A stretch of DNA of 64,000 nucleotides from a virus. Below are positions 1 to 10,054 of the stretch, piece by piece (position 1 is the stretch's first letter; each line of letters opens with the position of its first letter). Under the pieces are notes generated by a model. The model did not search any database and had not been told where the DNA came from. It was given only the letters and a program-made list of their open reading frames with translations. The stretch is from IMG/VR virus record IMGVR_UViG_3300025684_000014, positions 1 through 64,000 of that record. One strand, given 5' to 3'. The position numbers and the translations under genes are program-made.

Positions 1-2
1 AA

Positions 3-1400
3 CCCTGTTGTAAATTCAGTAGATCCTGGAAGTAAACCTTCTATTCCTCTTCTTACGAAAGATAGGCCAGTATATTTTCCAATATAAGATCTTCCTATAT
101 CTATATTGGCAGCTGTAGTAGCTAATCCTTCTATTATGCCTTTATCAAATCCAGGCATAATCATTTGTACTGCAAAAGCACCTATTCCTAATTTTGTACT
201 TAATCCTTTTATTGGGCTTTTTGCTAATTTGTCATAACCATAACCTATACCCATAGATACTGCAGAAGATGCAACTATATTACCTAAAACTCCAAATTTA
301 TCTCTATAGTGATCTACTGTAGCTACTCCTAAAGAAACCGCTCCTAATTTACTAGCTTTTAATCCTAAAGATAAAAATTGTTTATAAAATGCATCTGGAG
401 TTGTTTTTAAATCTAAGCCTGTTCTTTCTAAAAAATGTTCTGATATTTTTCCTAGAACAGGTATTTGATTGTATGTTGCGCTTAATAGTTTATTAAACCT
501 ATTGATACCCATTGAAAGAAAACTAGCAGGTACAGCAGTTCTTCTTTTTAAAGCCTCAAGAGAATTTATCTCTCCAGACATAGAAGGTACTGGCATTATT
601 CTAGCTTGAGTTCCATCTGAAGATCTAAAAACATTTTGATAATCTACTTCATCTCCTGATACTAGGTTCTGATAAACGCCTTGAATTGCAGGGTTTGTTC
701 TTTGATCAATATTTTCAGCTAATGCAATGTCGTAAACATCTGCTCCATACACACCATGTTGAGCTTTTACTTCATTACTTACCAGTACTGTACTGTTTGC
801 TTTTGGAGTTCTTATTTTTTCTTTACCAACAACATTTCCTGAAGAATCAGTTACGTCTTGATACGTTTCATCGTATCTTTGAAATATCAAATTCATATTA
901 GCGTTAGGATCATCTACAGAAGCTTCTAATCTTAATTCATAATCTTTTATGGTATCACTACCTAAAAAAACTCCTATATTCGAATCTTGAAAAGCTTGTT
1001 CTCCCACTACACTTCTTAATATTCTTACTGTATCTTCATTCATCATGTCAGGAGTATAAATTTGCGCTCTTACTTCTTTAGTAGGGTCTAAAAGAGAAGC
1101 CATTTTTTCCATACCTAAAGCTTCTCCACTCAAACCATAAGAACCCATTTCTGACAAACGTAAAGTATTACCAAAACCAAAAGGAGTTTTATTCATTAAA
1201 TTTCTTGTTCTACTGTGCAAGATATCGTAATGAGTAAGCTCTTGGCTATCTTTGTATTTTGTATTTTTTAATAAATACGCACCAGCATACAAACCAGCAT
1301 AAGGGGAAAGAGATGCTCCTAGTTCTATTAATGGATGCATCTCTGGCTCTTTTTCTATCGCAGAGTAATATAGTCCTCCTGGTCCATGGCTAGCGTACAT
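3..1400 (-). CDS. 5' part of a very large virion protein, probably tape measure protein (runs off the window)
   Basis: Open frame from ATG at 1400 (MYASHGPGGLYY...) to the window edge, absent from the ORF track. It has Gly/Ala-rich amphipathic stretches and follows the tail tube and chaperone genes. Confidence 0.6.
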   Translation of the reverse strand, partial: MYASHGPGGLYYSAIEKEPEMHPLIELGASLSPYAGLYAGAYLLKNTKYKDSQELTHYDILHSRTRNLMNKTPFGFGNTLRLSEMGSYGLSGEALGMEKMASLLDPTKEVRAQIYTPDMMNEDTVRILRSVVGEQAFQDSNIGVFLGSDTIKDYELRLEASVDDPNANMNLIFQRYDETYQDVTDSSGNVVGKEKIRTPKANSTVLVSNEVKAQHGVYGADVYDIALAENIDQRTNPAIQGVYQNLVSGDEVDYQNVFRSSDGTQARIMPVPSMSGEINSLEALKRRTAVPASFLSMGINRFNKLLSATYNQIPVLGKISEHFLERTGLDLKTTPDAFYKQFLSLGLKASKLGAVSLGVATVDHYRDKFGVLGNIVASSAVSMGIGYGYDKLAKSPIKGLSTKLGIGAFAVQMIMPGFDKGIIEGLATTAANIDIGRSYIGKYTGLSFVRRGIEGLLPGSTEFTTG

Positions 1401-1403
1401 ATT

Positions 1404-2087
1404 TTACCCTTGTCTTTGATCTAGTTTTGCTAAATGTTCTCTTGTTAAACGAGCTTTCTCTTCAGCGATAAATCTTTCTTCTGCTTCTTTTACTTCCCAA
1501 TAACCTAATTCTTGTTCCATTCTATTTACATTATGAACTACTTCTGATTTTTGTTCTGCTTGCTTATCATTTTTCTTTTCATAAACTTCTTCATAAATAC
1601 TTTTGAGATCAATTCTTTGAAAACCATTTATAGTTTTTACTAATTTATTTTCTGCTTGAACAAAGTATTTTATAAATTGTTTTTCTGTAAGATTGTCTAT
1701 GTCTTTGGGACTGAGACTTGAAAAAGCTGTATATATTATACTTTTCATATGCTCTAAAATACTATCTGCAGGAGCAGCTTTTCTTTCATTTGCTACATCA
1801 AGTAAAAAATCTTTTAATTCTTTTCCTCCTGAAAGTTCGTATATTAAATTGCCTGTAGTTATTACATAACCATAAGCAACATCTTTTGGATAATACTCTA
1901 CAGCATTTATACTACATAACTTAAAAATTTCTTCATAAATAAAAATGGGCGGCATAACACCACCCTGAATTACTTTATTAAAATAATTATACTCTCTTAT
2001 AGAAAGTAATCTGTACTGAAATGTTATTTCATCATATGTTGTGCTGTAGAGCTCAGAATCATATTCTAAAGCTCTTAAAAAACTCAT
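1404..2087 (-). CDS. putative tail assembly chaperone
   Basis: 227 aa, located between the tail tube genes and the tape-measure-like ORF; positional call. Confidence 0.45.
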   Translation of the reverse strand: MSFLRALEYDSELYSTTYDEITFQYRLLSIREYNYFNKVIQGGVMPPIFIYEEIFKLCSINAVEYYPKDVAYGYVITTGNLIYELSGGKELKDFLLDVANERKAAPADSILEHMKSIIYTAFSSLSPKDIDNLTEKQFIKYFVQAENKLVKTINGFQRIDLKSIYEEVYEKKNDKQAEQKSEVVHNVNRMEQELGYWEVKEAEERFIAEEKARLTREHLAKLDQRQG

Positions 2088-2959
2088 AGTTGTGTAGTCA
2101 ATAACATCGCTTGTTGAGGGGTTAAGAAACCACTGTTAAGAAGGATCATTTGATAAAGAGAATCTAATACACCCGCCTTACAAGTATCTAACCAGCGTTC
2201 GTTTAAAGAGGGGTAAAGCGTACAATAAAGGACTACTTTTTCTTTCAACTTCTCTTCTACTTCTTCACTGTCTTGAGTTTCTGAAAGCCTTGCCATGAGA
2301 TCTCTAATCTTACGCCATTCACTTCTTGTAAGGTGATGATAGATGTATACATCGCCTTCACCAAAAGCCATTACGTGAATACCATTCTTTCCATAACGCT
2401 CTTTCCAAGCATTTATCGTATCTAAACTTGGTGCATCTTCTTCGCCTGCTAAAAGCTCTAAAATTTGATCTTTCATTTGCGGAGGTCCTTGAGTTTCTTC
2501 TTCGTAAACTATTTTTGGCTCTTCTATAACTTGTTTTTTCTTTGCTGTTACTTCTGCTTCTAAGGCTGCTAATTCTGCTTCTAAGTCCATTGATTCCTCT
2601 TTTTCTTTTATAATATTTTCTATAAAAGTAGTTTTTTCTTCTACTTTTTCTTCAAGTATAACTTCTTTTGGTTTTTCTTCAACTTTTTTGCGCTTCTTTT
2701 TTCTTTCTCTTCTATAAGCAGCGCTTTTTAATGCTTCCTTTTCTGCTTCTTCTTTTGCTTTCTTTTCTTCCAATAACTTAATTTTTTCTTCTTCTTTTTC
2801 AATTTCATTTGATATTGGAATAAAAGCACTTGGAGGCAAAGAAGCTAAAATTGAGTCTGCAGTAGGAGAGTTTCGTTGTAAAACTTCTAAAGCTTTTCCA
2901 GTTGCAGGCTCTCCAAAAATAGCTAATCTATCATCTATTTTTCTTCCTTCAAATCCCAT
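2084..2959 (-). CDS. putative tail assembly chaperone
   Basis: 291 aa, positional call. Possible internal start MDLEAEL at 2590 with an AGAGGA SD. Confidence 0.45.
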   Translation of the reverse strand: MGFEGRKIDDRLAIFGEPATGKALEVLQRNSPTADSILASLPPSAFIPISNEIEKEEEKIKLLEEKKAKEEAEKEALKSAAYRRERKKKRKKVEEKPKEVILEEKVEEKTTFIENIIKEKEESMDLEAELAALEAEVTAKKKQVIEEPKIVYEEETQGPPQMKDQILELLAGEEDAPSLDTINAWKERYGKNGIHVMAFGEGDVYIYHHLTRSEWRKIRDLMARLSETQDSEEVEEKLKEKVVLYCTLYPSLNERWLDTCKAGVLDSLYQMILLNSGFLTPQQAMLLTTQL

Positions 2960-2968
2960 AAGAATCCT

Positions 2969-3394
2969 TTATCTAAATATTTCTATATTTCGAGCAATAA
3001 ACCCATACTCTTCTACAATAACTTGTTCTGTTATTTGTATTGATTTACCCATAGATACTATATGACAATCTTTTAATTTATAAGATTTACTCAAGGTATT
3101 ATTATATCTTATTTCAATATCAAACCCCGGAGTTGTCAATGCATTATAAGATATATTTTGGCTTTCTTTATTTAAAATTTTCATTAAATAATTTGGTTCA
3201 ATATAGTTGATTAAAAAATTACCTTGAATAATTTCTCTTCCAGGCAGCATCGCATCAAATAAGCTTGAATTGTATCCGTAAATAGGCTGTCTTGAATTTT
3301 GATAAGAGTAACTTATCCCTGCGCATTCAATCAATTCTTTTTCATTTAAATAAATATTTACATTTGCTCCTGAAAAGTATTCATAATTACTCAT
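2969..3394 (-). CDS. tail tube-like protein (paralog 3)
   Basis: YFSGANV..., PIYGY, GNFLIN motifs shared with 4207-5094. Confidence 0.6.
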   Translation of the reverse strand: MSNYEYFSGANVNIYLNEKELIECAGISYSYQNSRQPIYGYNSSLFDAMLPGREIIQGNFLINYIEPNYLMKILNKESQNISYNALTTPGFDIEIRYNNTLSKSYKLKDCHIVSMGKSIQITEQVIVEEYGFIARNIEIFR

Positions 3395-4137
3395 TACTGT
3401 CCTCTACTTTTTATATTAATTCCATTTAATGGGATTATTCCTGGGATTCCTCCTCGAAATCCTCCTCCTCTAATTTCAAATTCTCCTGATTTCATAACAT
3501 TTCCGCCAACTCCTTCTACAACAGAAGCTGTTTCTATTTTTAAATTATTTTCTTTTTTAATATCTAATTGTCGTAGATCTTCTGCAACAAATTGTATTGA
3601 TACTTCTGTTACTAAATCGTTTACTGAACTTATTATACCTTCATTGACTATGTGGATGTTTTTTATTTCCAAAGAAGCTGATTTGTCAAAATAATCTTTA
3701 GTACTAATATTTTTTTTATATATTTCGCTTTTATAAAAAAGCCTTATATTGAATGGCAAAAGTAAAGTGCTTAATTTTCTTTTATTATTTAAACTTAACC
3801 CGTTTACTTCAGGGGCTCTAGTATCCCTAGACCATGTGTTTCTTTTTTCATTAATATTTTTTAATGGCTCTGTTATTTTTTCTTCATCGATTTCTAACAA
3901 CTTTGCTAATGGGTGATCCTCTATTACTAAAAATATCATTGATCCCGCAATAGTTCTTGTACTACTTGTGTAACCTACTGCATTTCTGTTTCCTAATCTT
4001 CTAACTGGAGATTTAGCTTCATGTAAAGATATAGAGATTGTCGCTAAAGAATTTAGATGAATTGTTTTATCTGGTTTGTTTTCAAAATAAGCATATGCAT
4101 CACAATCTGCGCCTGAATAAGAGTAAGTATAGTCCAT
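3394..4137 (-). CDS. tail tube-like protein (paralog 2)
   Basis: YSYSGAD, KSPV, RTIAGSMIF motifs shared with 4207-5094. ATG at 4137 has a GGAG SD. Confidence 0.6.
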   Translation of the reverse strand: MDYTYSYSGADCDAYAYFENKPDKTIHLNSLATISISLHEAKSPVRRLGNRNAVGYTSSTRTIAGSMIFLVIEDHPLAKLLEIDEEKITEPLKNINEKRNTWSRDTRAPEVNGLSLNNKRKLSTLLLPFNIRLFYKSEIYKKNISTKDYFDKSASLEIKNIHIVNEGIISSVNDLVTEVSIQFVAEDLRQLDIKKENNLKIETASVVEGVGGNVMKSGEFEIRGGGFRGGIPGIIPLNGINIKSRGQ

Positions 4138-4147
4138 AATTTTCTCC

Positions 4148-4174
4148 AAAAAAAAGGAGGCTAATGCCTCCTTT
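4148..4174 (-). terminator. intrinsic terminator after the main tail tube gene
   Basis: Minus strand GGAGGC-ATTA-GCCTCC followed by T8. Confidence 0.8.
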
Positions 4175-4206
4175 ATAACACTTATTTGACTACTAATTAA
4201 AGCTTT

Positions 4207-5094
4207 TTACTTTGTTGTGTATGTTCCACTAGTTGCGGTAGTGTAGTTAACTGCAGCAGAACCACCACTTGGTGTCTGTGCTCCACGATTATCTTTTGTA
4301 CCTTGTCTTTCGTAAAGTGCACTTCTTGCAGCTACAGTGTCTGTGCCGCCATCAGGTCCAATCGCTTTAATATCAAAGCTACGCCAAGGAAGAATTGTAC
4401 GACAAACATAAGTCATTTGGTTTTCAATGACAATATCATCAATTGAAAAACCAGAACCTTCATTTAAAATTTCGCAACCATATAAACGCATTTGAGCAGA
4501 TTGCCCGTACTCGTTTGCAGCAACAATTGCAATATCAAAAGGTAAAATTTGGTCCACATAATAAACTGGAGCAACGCGGTAGTTTTGTCCAATATCTGTA
4601 AGTGAATAAGAAGTTTCTCTAGTCAAACGTTGTGTCGCTGGAGATCCTATTGATGCAGAAGTTTGTCCAGGTCCTACAGTAGCCTGTGAACTGCCAAATC
4701 TTAAACTATTTACTGTTGCTAAGCTTAAATTATCATTAATTTCATTGTTTAGATTATTATAGTTAGGAGAACTATTTTTAGGGTTACCTAAATTTTCTTT
4801 ATCTTTCACAACAAGTTCATCACTATCTCCTAAATAATATTCTCCAGTAAATGAAGCACTATAAAGCAAGTGAGTATCCATCATAAGAGAAATCATTGTT
4901 CCAGCGATACCTCGTTTACCGCGAGAATAAGAAATAGGATCAACTGAACCCATCACGTAAATAGGAGCTTTTTCACGCTGAATAGCATAAGAAAGCGCTT
5001 GCATTGAACCAACTTGAGCTCCATTGATTACAACGCGAATATCAACACCTGAATAAGAGGTGTATGTTCTAGCTAAGTCTAATGATGTAGCCAT
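4207..5094 (-). CDS. major tail tube protein
   Basis: Directly after the sheath gene; YSGVDI, REKAPIYVMGS, SRGKRGIAG motifs of myophage tube proteins; followed by a terminator. Confidence 0.75.
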   Translation of the reverse strand: MATSLDLARTYTSYSGVDIRVVINGAQVGSMQALSYAIQREKAPIYVMGSVDPISYSRGKRGIAGTMISLMMDTHLLYSASFTGEYYLGDSDELVVKDKENLGNPKNSSPNYNNLNNEINDNLSLATVNSLRFGSSQATVGPGQTSASIGSPATQRLTRETSYSLTDIGQNYRVAPVYYVDQILPFDIAIVAANEYGQSAQMRLYGCEILNEGSGFSIDDIVIENQMTYVCRTILPWRSFDIKAIGPDGGTDTVAARSALYERQGTKDNRGAQTPSGGSAAVNYTTATSGTYTTK

Positions 5095-5118
5095 TTTATT
5101 TTCCTTTCAAATTTTAAA

Positions 5119-7680
5119 TTAAGCGCTAGGAGCGTCAAGAGTAATGTCAATTGAGATTGCTTCAATTGACAAAGGTGGTACAAAACGTACATTTGCTCTC
5201 AAAACTCCATTAATCCTATCAAGACGTGAAGCATTCAAGCTTACGGTAAGTGTCCCGCTTTGAGCATATCCAGCTTTTTCCATAGCCAAAGACATGCCAT
5301 CAAGTCTTTGAGTAAGGCTTTGAATCTGTTGGTCAGTGTAAGCTGCTCCAATAACAGGCAAACAAGCTGCTCTTACATTAGCAAGAATAGCGTTAGCTGC
5401 CATAATAGAAGAAAGCTTAGAGTAATCAGAAGTGCGAAGAGCTGAAGTGTAAATGGAAGAGATAACTCCAGATTGATCAATCATGCAAACGCGCAGCGCA
5501 GCAAGGTTATCAAGCATCGCTTTTGGTGTGCGTTGTGCAGGAGTTATTCCATCTACAACACCGCGTACAGGACCAATAGGCTCTGTACCTGGTTGAAGGC
5601 TAGAAAGCTTTCCTGCGATAGCGCTAGCAGCTGAAACAAAAGCTGAGCTTCTTTGGTTTGTTCTGATTCTTGAACCCTTATTAACATTACTTGTGCTTGC
5701 AGGATCTGTCATGAAGCCCCAAGAACCTACAACAATTGCATGCTTTCCAAGGTCAATTGGGTTCCCAAATGTATCAAGAGCTTCGTCTTGGTCATCAATT
5801 CCGTAAGGAATTTCGTTTGGCAAATCGTTACCATTAGTAAGAATTACACCACCAAAAGCAACTCCACCACGATAATCAGGATGACCAGCAAGAAGTTTTG
5901 TTCCAAGAACACCGGTACCTGCTTTTGTAACTACAAGCTCTCCTGCAGAAGTAACTTGGTATTCTGCAGGATTTCCAGCCCACTCAGAAACTCCACTATG
6001 CGAAATAGCAGGCTTAGAGCAAGGAACAATAGCTACTGTTTGAGAGTAATTTGTTGACGCTGTATAAGCAGCTTGAGCAGCTTGATGGAGGAAAGAAACC
6101 TCTCTTACCTCAACATTTGCAGCTGCCAGAAGAACACTCTCTGCAGCACCTTCTTCAGGGAAAGTCATCAACCTGTTGCAAACAGCTTCAGCAACAAGGT
6201 CTCCAACTAACTTGAAGTGATTAATAACAAATGGATCTTGGCTTACAATACTATTTGTTTCGTTAGAAATAAGATAGTCTGAAAGCGCTCTACTTCCACC
6301 AATTACTGACGGACGAAGCTTGTGTGAAAGCTTTTGGCCATCAGCCAAATCAGCAGACAATGTAAGTGTTGCAAAAGGTGTAACAACACTTACTGAAGTT
6401 GTACCAGCTACAGTAAAGTCTGCAGTTACGTGACATTCAACTTCACCTCTATCATTCCAAAATGACTCTACAGAAGCAGCTGCACCTGAAACGCTATGTA
6501 GATGCATATTTACTAAGTTCAAAAGATCTCCAACAGATTTGTTATCGTCAGATAAAACAATTTGCAAATCTCCGGAAACATAACTTGCTACATTTTCTGC
6601 CAAAAATGGATTCTTTCTTGCGAAGAAAAACATATTTGGTTCACCATTAAAAATATATTTCCAAAAGTAACCAAGCTTTGTTTTGTGCCACTGTAGTTGT
6701 TCTGCAAGAGTGTCACTGCTAGACAGCTCTACAGGAGCTGTGTCTGCATAACACCCTTCGCAATAAAGCATATCAATATTTTCAAACTCAAGATTTTTGT
6801 AAGCAAGCTCTGCTCCAGCATAACGCTCAAGATTATCAATATAATCAGGAGCGCTTCCATCAATACGGTCAAGATGGAAACTTAGGTTTGTTAATGTATC
6901 TGTATTGCTCGAATCAAAAATATCAACAAAACGAATTTCCCCTAAAAGATTTGCACTTTCACCACTTAGTCTTTCTACATTTGTTGTAGAAGAAAGAAGG
7001 TCTCCAAGAAGTTTAATATCTTCTAATGTGTAGCTGCCATCATTTACAAATTTGTTAAGAAGAACTGAATCACTTACAGCGTCTGCGGTAAACAAAAACT
7101 CTCCTGCAGGAACGTTAATTTCTACGTCAAAAGCAAGATCACCATCAGCTCTAATAATTCCTTCTGAGTCATAAACAAGTACACTATCCCCTCTCAAAGG
7201 CTTTGCATACAAGAGAACTCTTTGGCGAACAAGATTTCCTTCTACATAAGGCTTCAACACCATCTGAAGGCCTTCTAGTGTAGATTGAATGTTGCGATCA
7301 GCTTCTCCTTCTTGCATAAAGATAGGCTTGATCATAATGAGTGTTTCAAGTTCATTAGAGTCAGGAATTTCGCGCTTGATCATTACATGGCTGGGCTTTG
7401 CTCCAATGCGACTAACAACCAAAGGAGTTGAAGCATTAGCGTTTTTAGCAGCTACTGCTGCTCTAACCAGTTCTGATCTTGGATCAAAAACTGTTTGTAA
7501 CTCTACTCTATTTTGATAACCAAAAGGCTGAGCAATAAAACCGCTTTTTGCAGTACCAAGAGAAAAAAGTACTGGTCCTGAAGCAGGCTCTGGGGGAAGT
7601 TGAGCGCGCATATTGTTGTCATTAAAAACAGCAGTTAGCTCGCCAGCGATGTTTCGCATAGTTAAGTTCTGGTATGCCAT
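5119..7680 (-). CDS. contractile tail sheath protein
   Basis: 853 aa; sheath-like C-terminus (LRANVRFVPPLSIEAISIDITL); immediately upstream of the tube gene. Confidence 0.8.
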   Translation of the reverse strand: MAYQNLTMRNIAGELTAVFNDNNMRAQLPPEPASGPVLFSLGTAKSGFIAQPFGYQNRVELQTVFDPRSELVRAAVAAKNANASTPLVVSRIGAKPSHVMIKREIPDSNELETLIMIKPIFMQEGEADRNIQSTLEGLQMVLKPYVEGNLVRQRVLLYAKPLRGDSVLVYDSEGIIRADGDLAFDVEINVPAGEFLFTADAVSDSVLLNKFVNDGSYTLEDIKLLGDLLSSTTNVERLSGESANLLGEIRFVDIFDSSNTDTLTNLSFHLDRIDGSAPDYIDNLERYAGAELAYKNLEFENIDMLYCEGCYADTAPVELSSSDTLAEQLQWHKTKLGYFWKYIFNGEPNMFFFARKNPFLAENVASYVSGDLQIVLSDDNKSVGDLLNLVNMHLHSVSGAAASVESFWNDRGEVECHVTADFTVAGTTSVSVVTPFATLTLSADLADGQKLSHKLRPSVIGGSRALSDYLISNETNSIVSQDPFVINHFKLVGDLVAEAVCNRLMTFPEEGAAESVLLAAANVEVREVSFLHQAAQAAYTASTNYSQTVAIVPCSKPAISHSGVSEWAGNPAEYQVTSAGELVVTKAGTGVLGTKLLAGHPDYRGGVAFGGVILTNGNDLPNEIPYGIDDQDEALDTFGNPIDLGKHAIVVGSWGFMTDPASTSNVNKGSRIRTNQRSSAFVSAASAIAGKLSSLQPGTEPIGPVRGVVDGITPAQRTPKAMLDNLAALRVCMIDQSGVISSIYTSALRTSDYSKLSSIMAANAILANVRAACLPVIGAAYTDQQIQSLTQRLDGMSLAMEKAGYAQSGTLTVSLNASRLDRINGVLRANVRFVPPLSIEAISIDITLDAPSA

Positions 7681-7711
7681 TTCGTCTCCTTAAAGAGAAA
7701 AAGTAATTATG

Positions 7712-8428
7712 TTATTTAGGTAATATTCCAATATCAATCATGATATTACGAATCATTGTATCAGCTTTAGCATCAAATTCTCTAAATCTTAAGAAAAAAC
7801 GTAGAGGTCTGCTAAAAACTCTTTGGCCATTAATAGCCATATAGTTGTCAGAAAGTCTATCTTTAAAATAAAATCTTTCTGCGCCTTTTACTTCAAAAGC
7901 AAAAGCAGAATTTATTAAAAGTTTTTCTAACCAAATAGCTCTAGAATTAGCAAGTTTATTGCTTGTTGCCCAGCAATTCAATTCTACTACATGATCTACT
8001 GGTCTAGATTCCACTGTAATAACTTTGTTAGGCAAATCAGGTCGAATCTCTTGATGAGAATAAGTAGCTTTTCTATGAGGTCGACCTGTTCCTTTTGCAT
8101 TCATCATACCAGGCTTTCTTTCTACTACTTTAAAAGTAATAACTTCGTTACCATAACTAGCCATATCTTCTGGTGGGTATTCTTCTACTAGTTTTACTTT
8201 AAATTTTTCTTGAATACCTTCTCTATCTTGAGCATCAAGTATAAGTTTTTGACATGTATCAAAAAATATATCTAGTGTCATTGGTTCAGTATTTGGTAAA
8301 AATACTGAGGAAATATTTACATTGTAAGGATTGTCAATTACTAAATCATTTACATTCAATTGATTAACTATTTCTCCATTTGTATCTAATACATTTATAA
8401 TTACAGATTCTTCAGTATTACGAGCCAT
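7712..8428 (-). CDS. putative tail completion/terminator protein
   Basis: 238 aa, directly upstream of the sheath gene; positional call. Confidence 0.45.
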   Translation of the reverse strand: MARNTEESVIINVLDTNGEIVNQLNVNDLVIDNPYNVNISSVFLPNTEPMTLDIFFDTCQKLILDAQDREGIQEKFKVKLVEEYPPEDMASYGNEVITFKVVERKPGMMNAKGTGRPHRKATYSHQEIRPDLPNKVITVESRPVDHVVELNCWATSNKLANSRAIWLEKLLINSAFAFEVKGAERFYFKDRLSDNYMAINGQRVFSRPLRFFLRFREFDAKADTMIRNIMIDIGILPK

Positions 8429-8979
8429 TATATATTTCCTCTAATAGAGCTTTCTTCACGAGCATAAACAGCTATGTACTCTACTCTTCCATAGTCAGCT
8501 CTATATATTTGAATAGTTTCTGGTTTGTATATTGTTTCTCTTTTGTAAGGTACAATTAAATTTCCTTCTAAATCAAGACTAAGTTCTATTATTTTATCTT
8601 TATATGATATTTTTTCATCATATCTTAAGTAAAAGACTTTATAATCAGTTCTTATCTCTCCAGGCATTATTCTTTTTGTGCGGTTTCCTTTTCCACCATC
8701 AGCACCTACTAAAGAAGAATATACTCTTACAAATCTTTCATCCCAAATGTAACCCTCTCCTAAACAATATCGACATGTATTTTCTGCGTCTGCTTCTCTT
8801 GTAAGCGGATCTCTACAAGAGCAATCAATTCTATTAAAACTAGAATCTAATCTAGCTTCTCTAATTAAAATTAAATGGTTGTGTGGTTTGCATCCGCCTT
8901 TTCCAAATACTATGTTATCAAACTCTTCTCTAAGATCAATCTCGCATTTTTTATTTCTAACTTTATTTAAGTTAATCAT
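8428..8979 (-). CDS. putative head-tail connector (neck) protein
   Basis: 183 aa with a CSC...CRYCLGEG Cys cluster, in neck position. Confidence 0.45.
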   Translation of the reverse strand: MINLNKVRNKKCEIDLREEFDNIVFGKGGCKPHNHLILIREARLDSSFNRIDCSCRDPLTREADAENTCRYCLGEGYIWDERFVRVYSSLVGADGGKGNRTKRIMPGEIRTDYKVFYLRYDEKISYKDKIIELSLDLEGNLIVPYKRETIYKPETIQIYRADYGRVEYIAVYAREESSIRGNI

Positions 8980-10044
8980 TTAAATGCCTCTTTTTCTTAT
9001 TCCGTACCCAGTATGATATTGCCCCCAACTAGAATACCCATGCTTGTATTTCTTTTCTCCAGGTTTTTTATACAGTGAGTTTTGCGTTGGTTGAATATAG
9101 TGTTCTTGCCAAGGATCATGCCATTCTCTAGATTTTCTTATTGTTTCACTATGATTTACACTCTTAGTAGCTGAAGTAGGACCAAGTCCTTGTCCAGGAA
9201 CAATACATCCTCCTGCGTTTACAACTCTCCACCACTCTTCTCTTTCTGCTTTTAATTCTTTTACAAGATCTTTTAAATTAAAATCTAAGCTGCTTCCTGA
9301 TTCAATTAACAAATCGCCTAATTGTTTTTGTTTTCCAGAACCCTCCCCACTTACTCCAGTAGGCATGCTAAATAATTTTATTGCAGCATCAAACATTACA
9401 AATCTTGTTCTAGCAAAATAATATCTTTCTGAAGTAGGCCTTACTCCTGTAATATTGTTTGCTTCTAAAGATGACCAGTGAATTGCTAGTGCAATCGTAT
9501 CATCAGATACCAAATCTACCCAAGACCCCATTTCCATTCTTAACATTTCTACTGAACAATAAAAAGGATTGTATTCACTACTAAAGCTAAGAATTGTTTC
9601 TTCTTCTAAAGAAAAACCTTCTATATCTTTCAATTCTTTAGAAAGTTTAATTACAATTAAAGAATTAAAATCTAATCCTTTTTGAATTTTAGTAATAATA
9701 TTTTTATTTTCTACTAAAATAGTTTCTGAATAATTTGTAATTACTCCATCTTTAGTTACTGACCAAATAATATTCCATTCCCCCAAAGCATCTAAAGTAA
9801 ATTCTTGATAATAAAAACCAGTGTCTGCTTTTGTAGGTATTTCAGGACCAATTAATTGTCCGCTTGGATAAATTGCATTTACCGTTATTACTTCTGGATC
9901 ATATGTTTCATTACAACTGTCTGTTAAAACTATTTTAAATTTATAGCTATTATTTAAATCATAACATTCTTTTACATAATTTCCTTTTCTAGAAATTTTT
10001 ATGGGCACACAATTTTCAAAGTTTCCTATTGTAGAACAACTCAT
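8980..10044 (-). CDS. putative head completion/neck protein
   Basis: 354 aa with a beta-rich N-terminus, between the capsid and tail genes. Confidence 0.4.
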   Translation of the reverse strand: MSCSTIGNFENCVPIKISRKGNYVKECYDLNNSYKFKIVLTDSCNETYDPEVITVNAIYPSGQLIGPEIPTKADTGFYYQEFTLDALGEWNIIWSVTKDGVITNYSETILVENKNIITKIQKGLDFNSLIVIKLSKELKDIEGFSLEEETILSFSSEYNPFYCSVEMLRMEMGSWVDLVSDDTIALAIHWSSLEANNITGVRPTSERYYFARTRFVMFDAAIKLFSMPTGVSGEGSGKQKQLGDLLIESGSSLDFNLKDLVKELKAEREEWWRVVNAGGCIVPGQGLGPTSATKSVNHSETIRKSREWHDPWQEHYIQPTQNSLYKKPGEKKYKHGYSSWGQYHTGYGIRKRGI

Positions 10045-10054
10045 AATTTTCTCC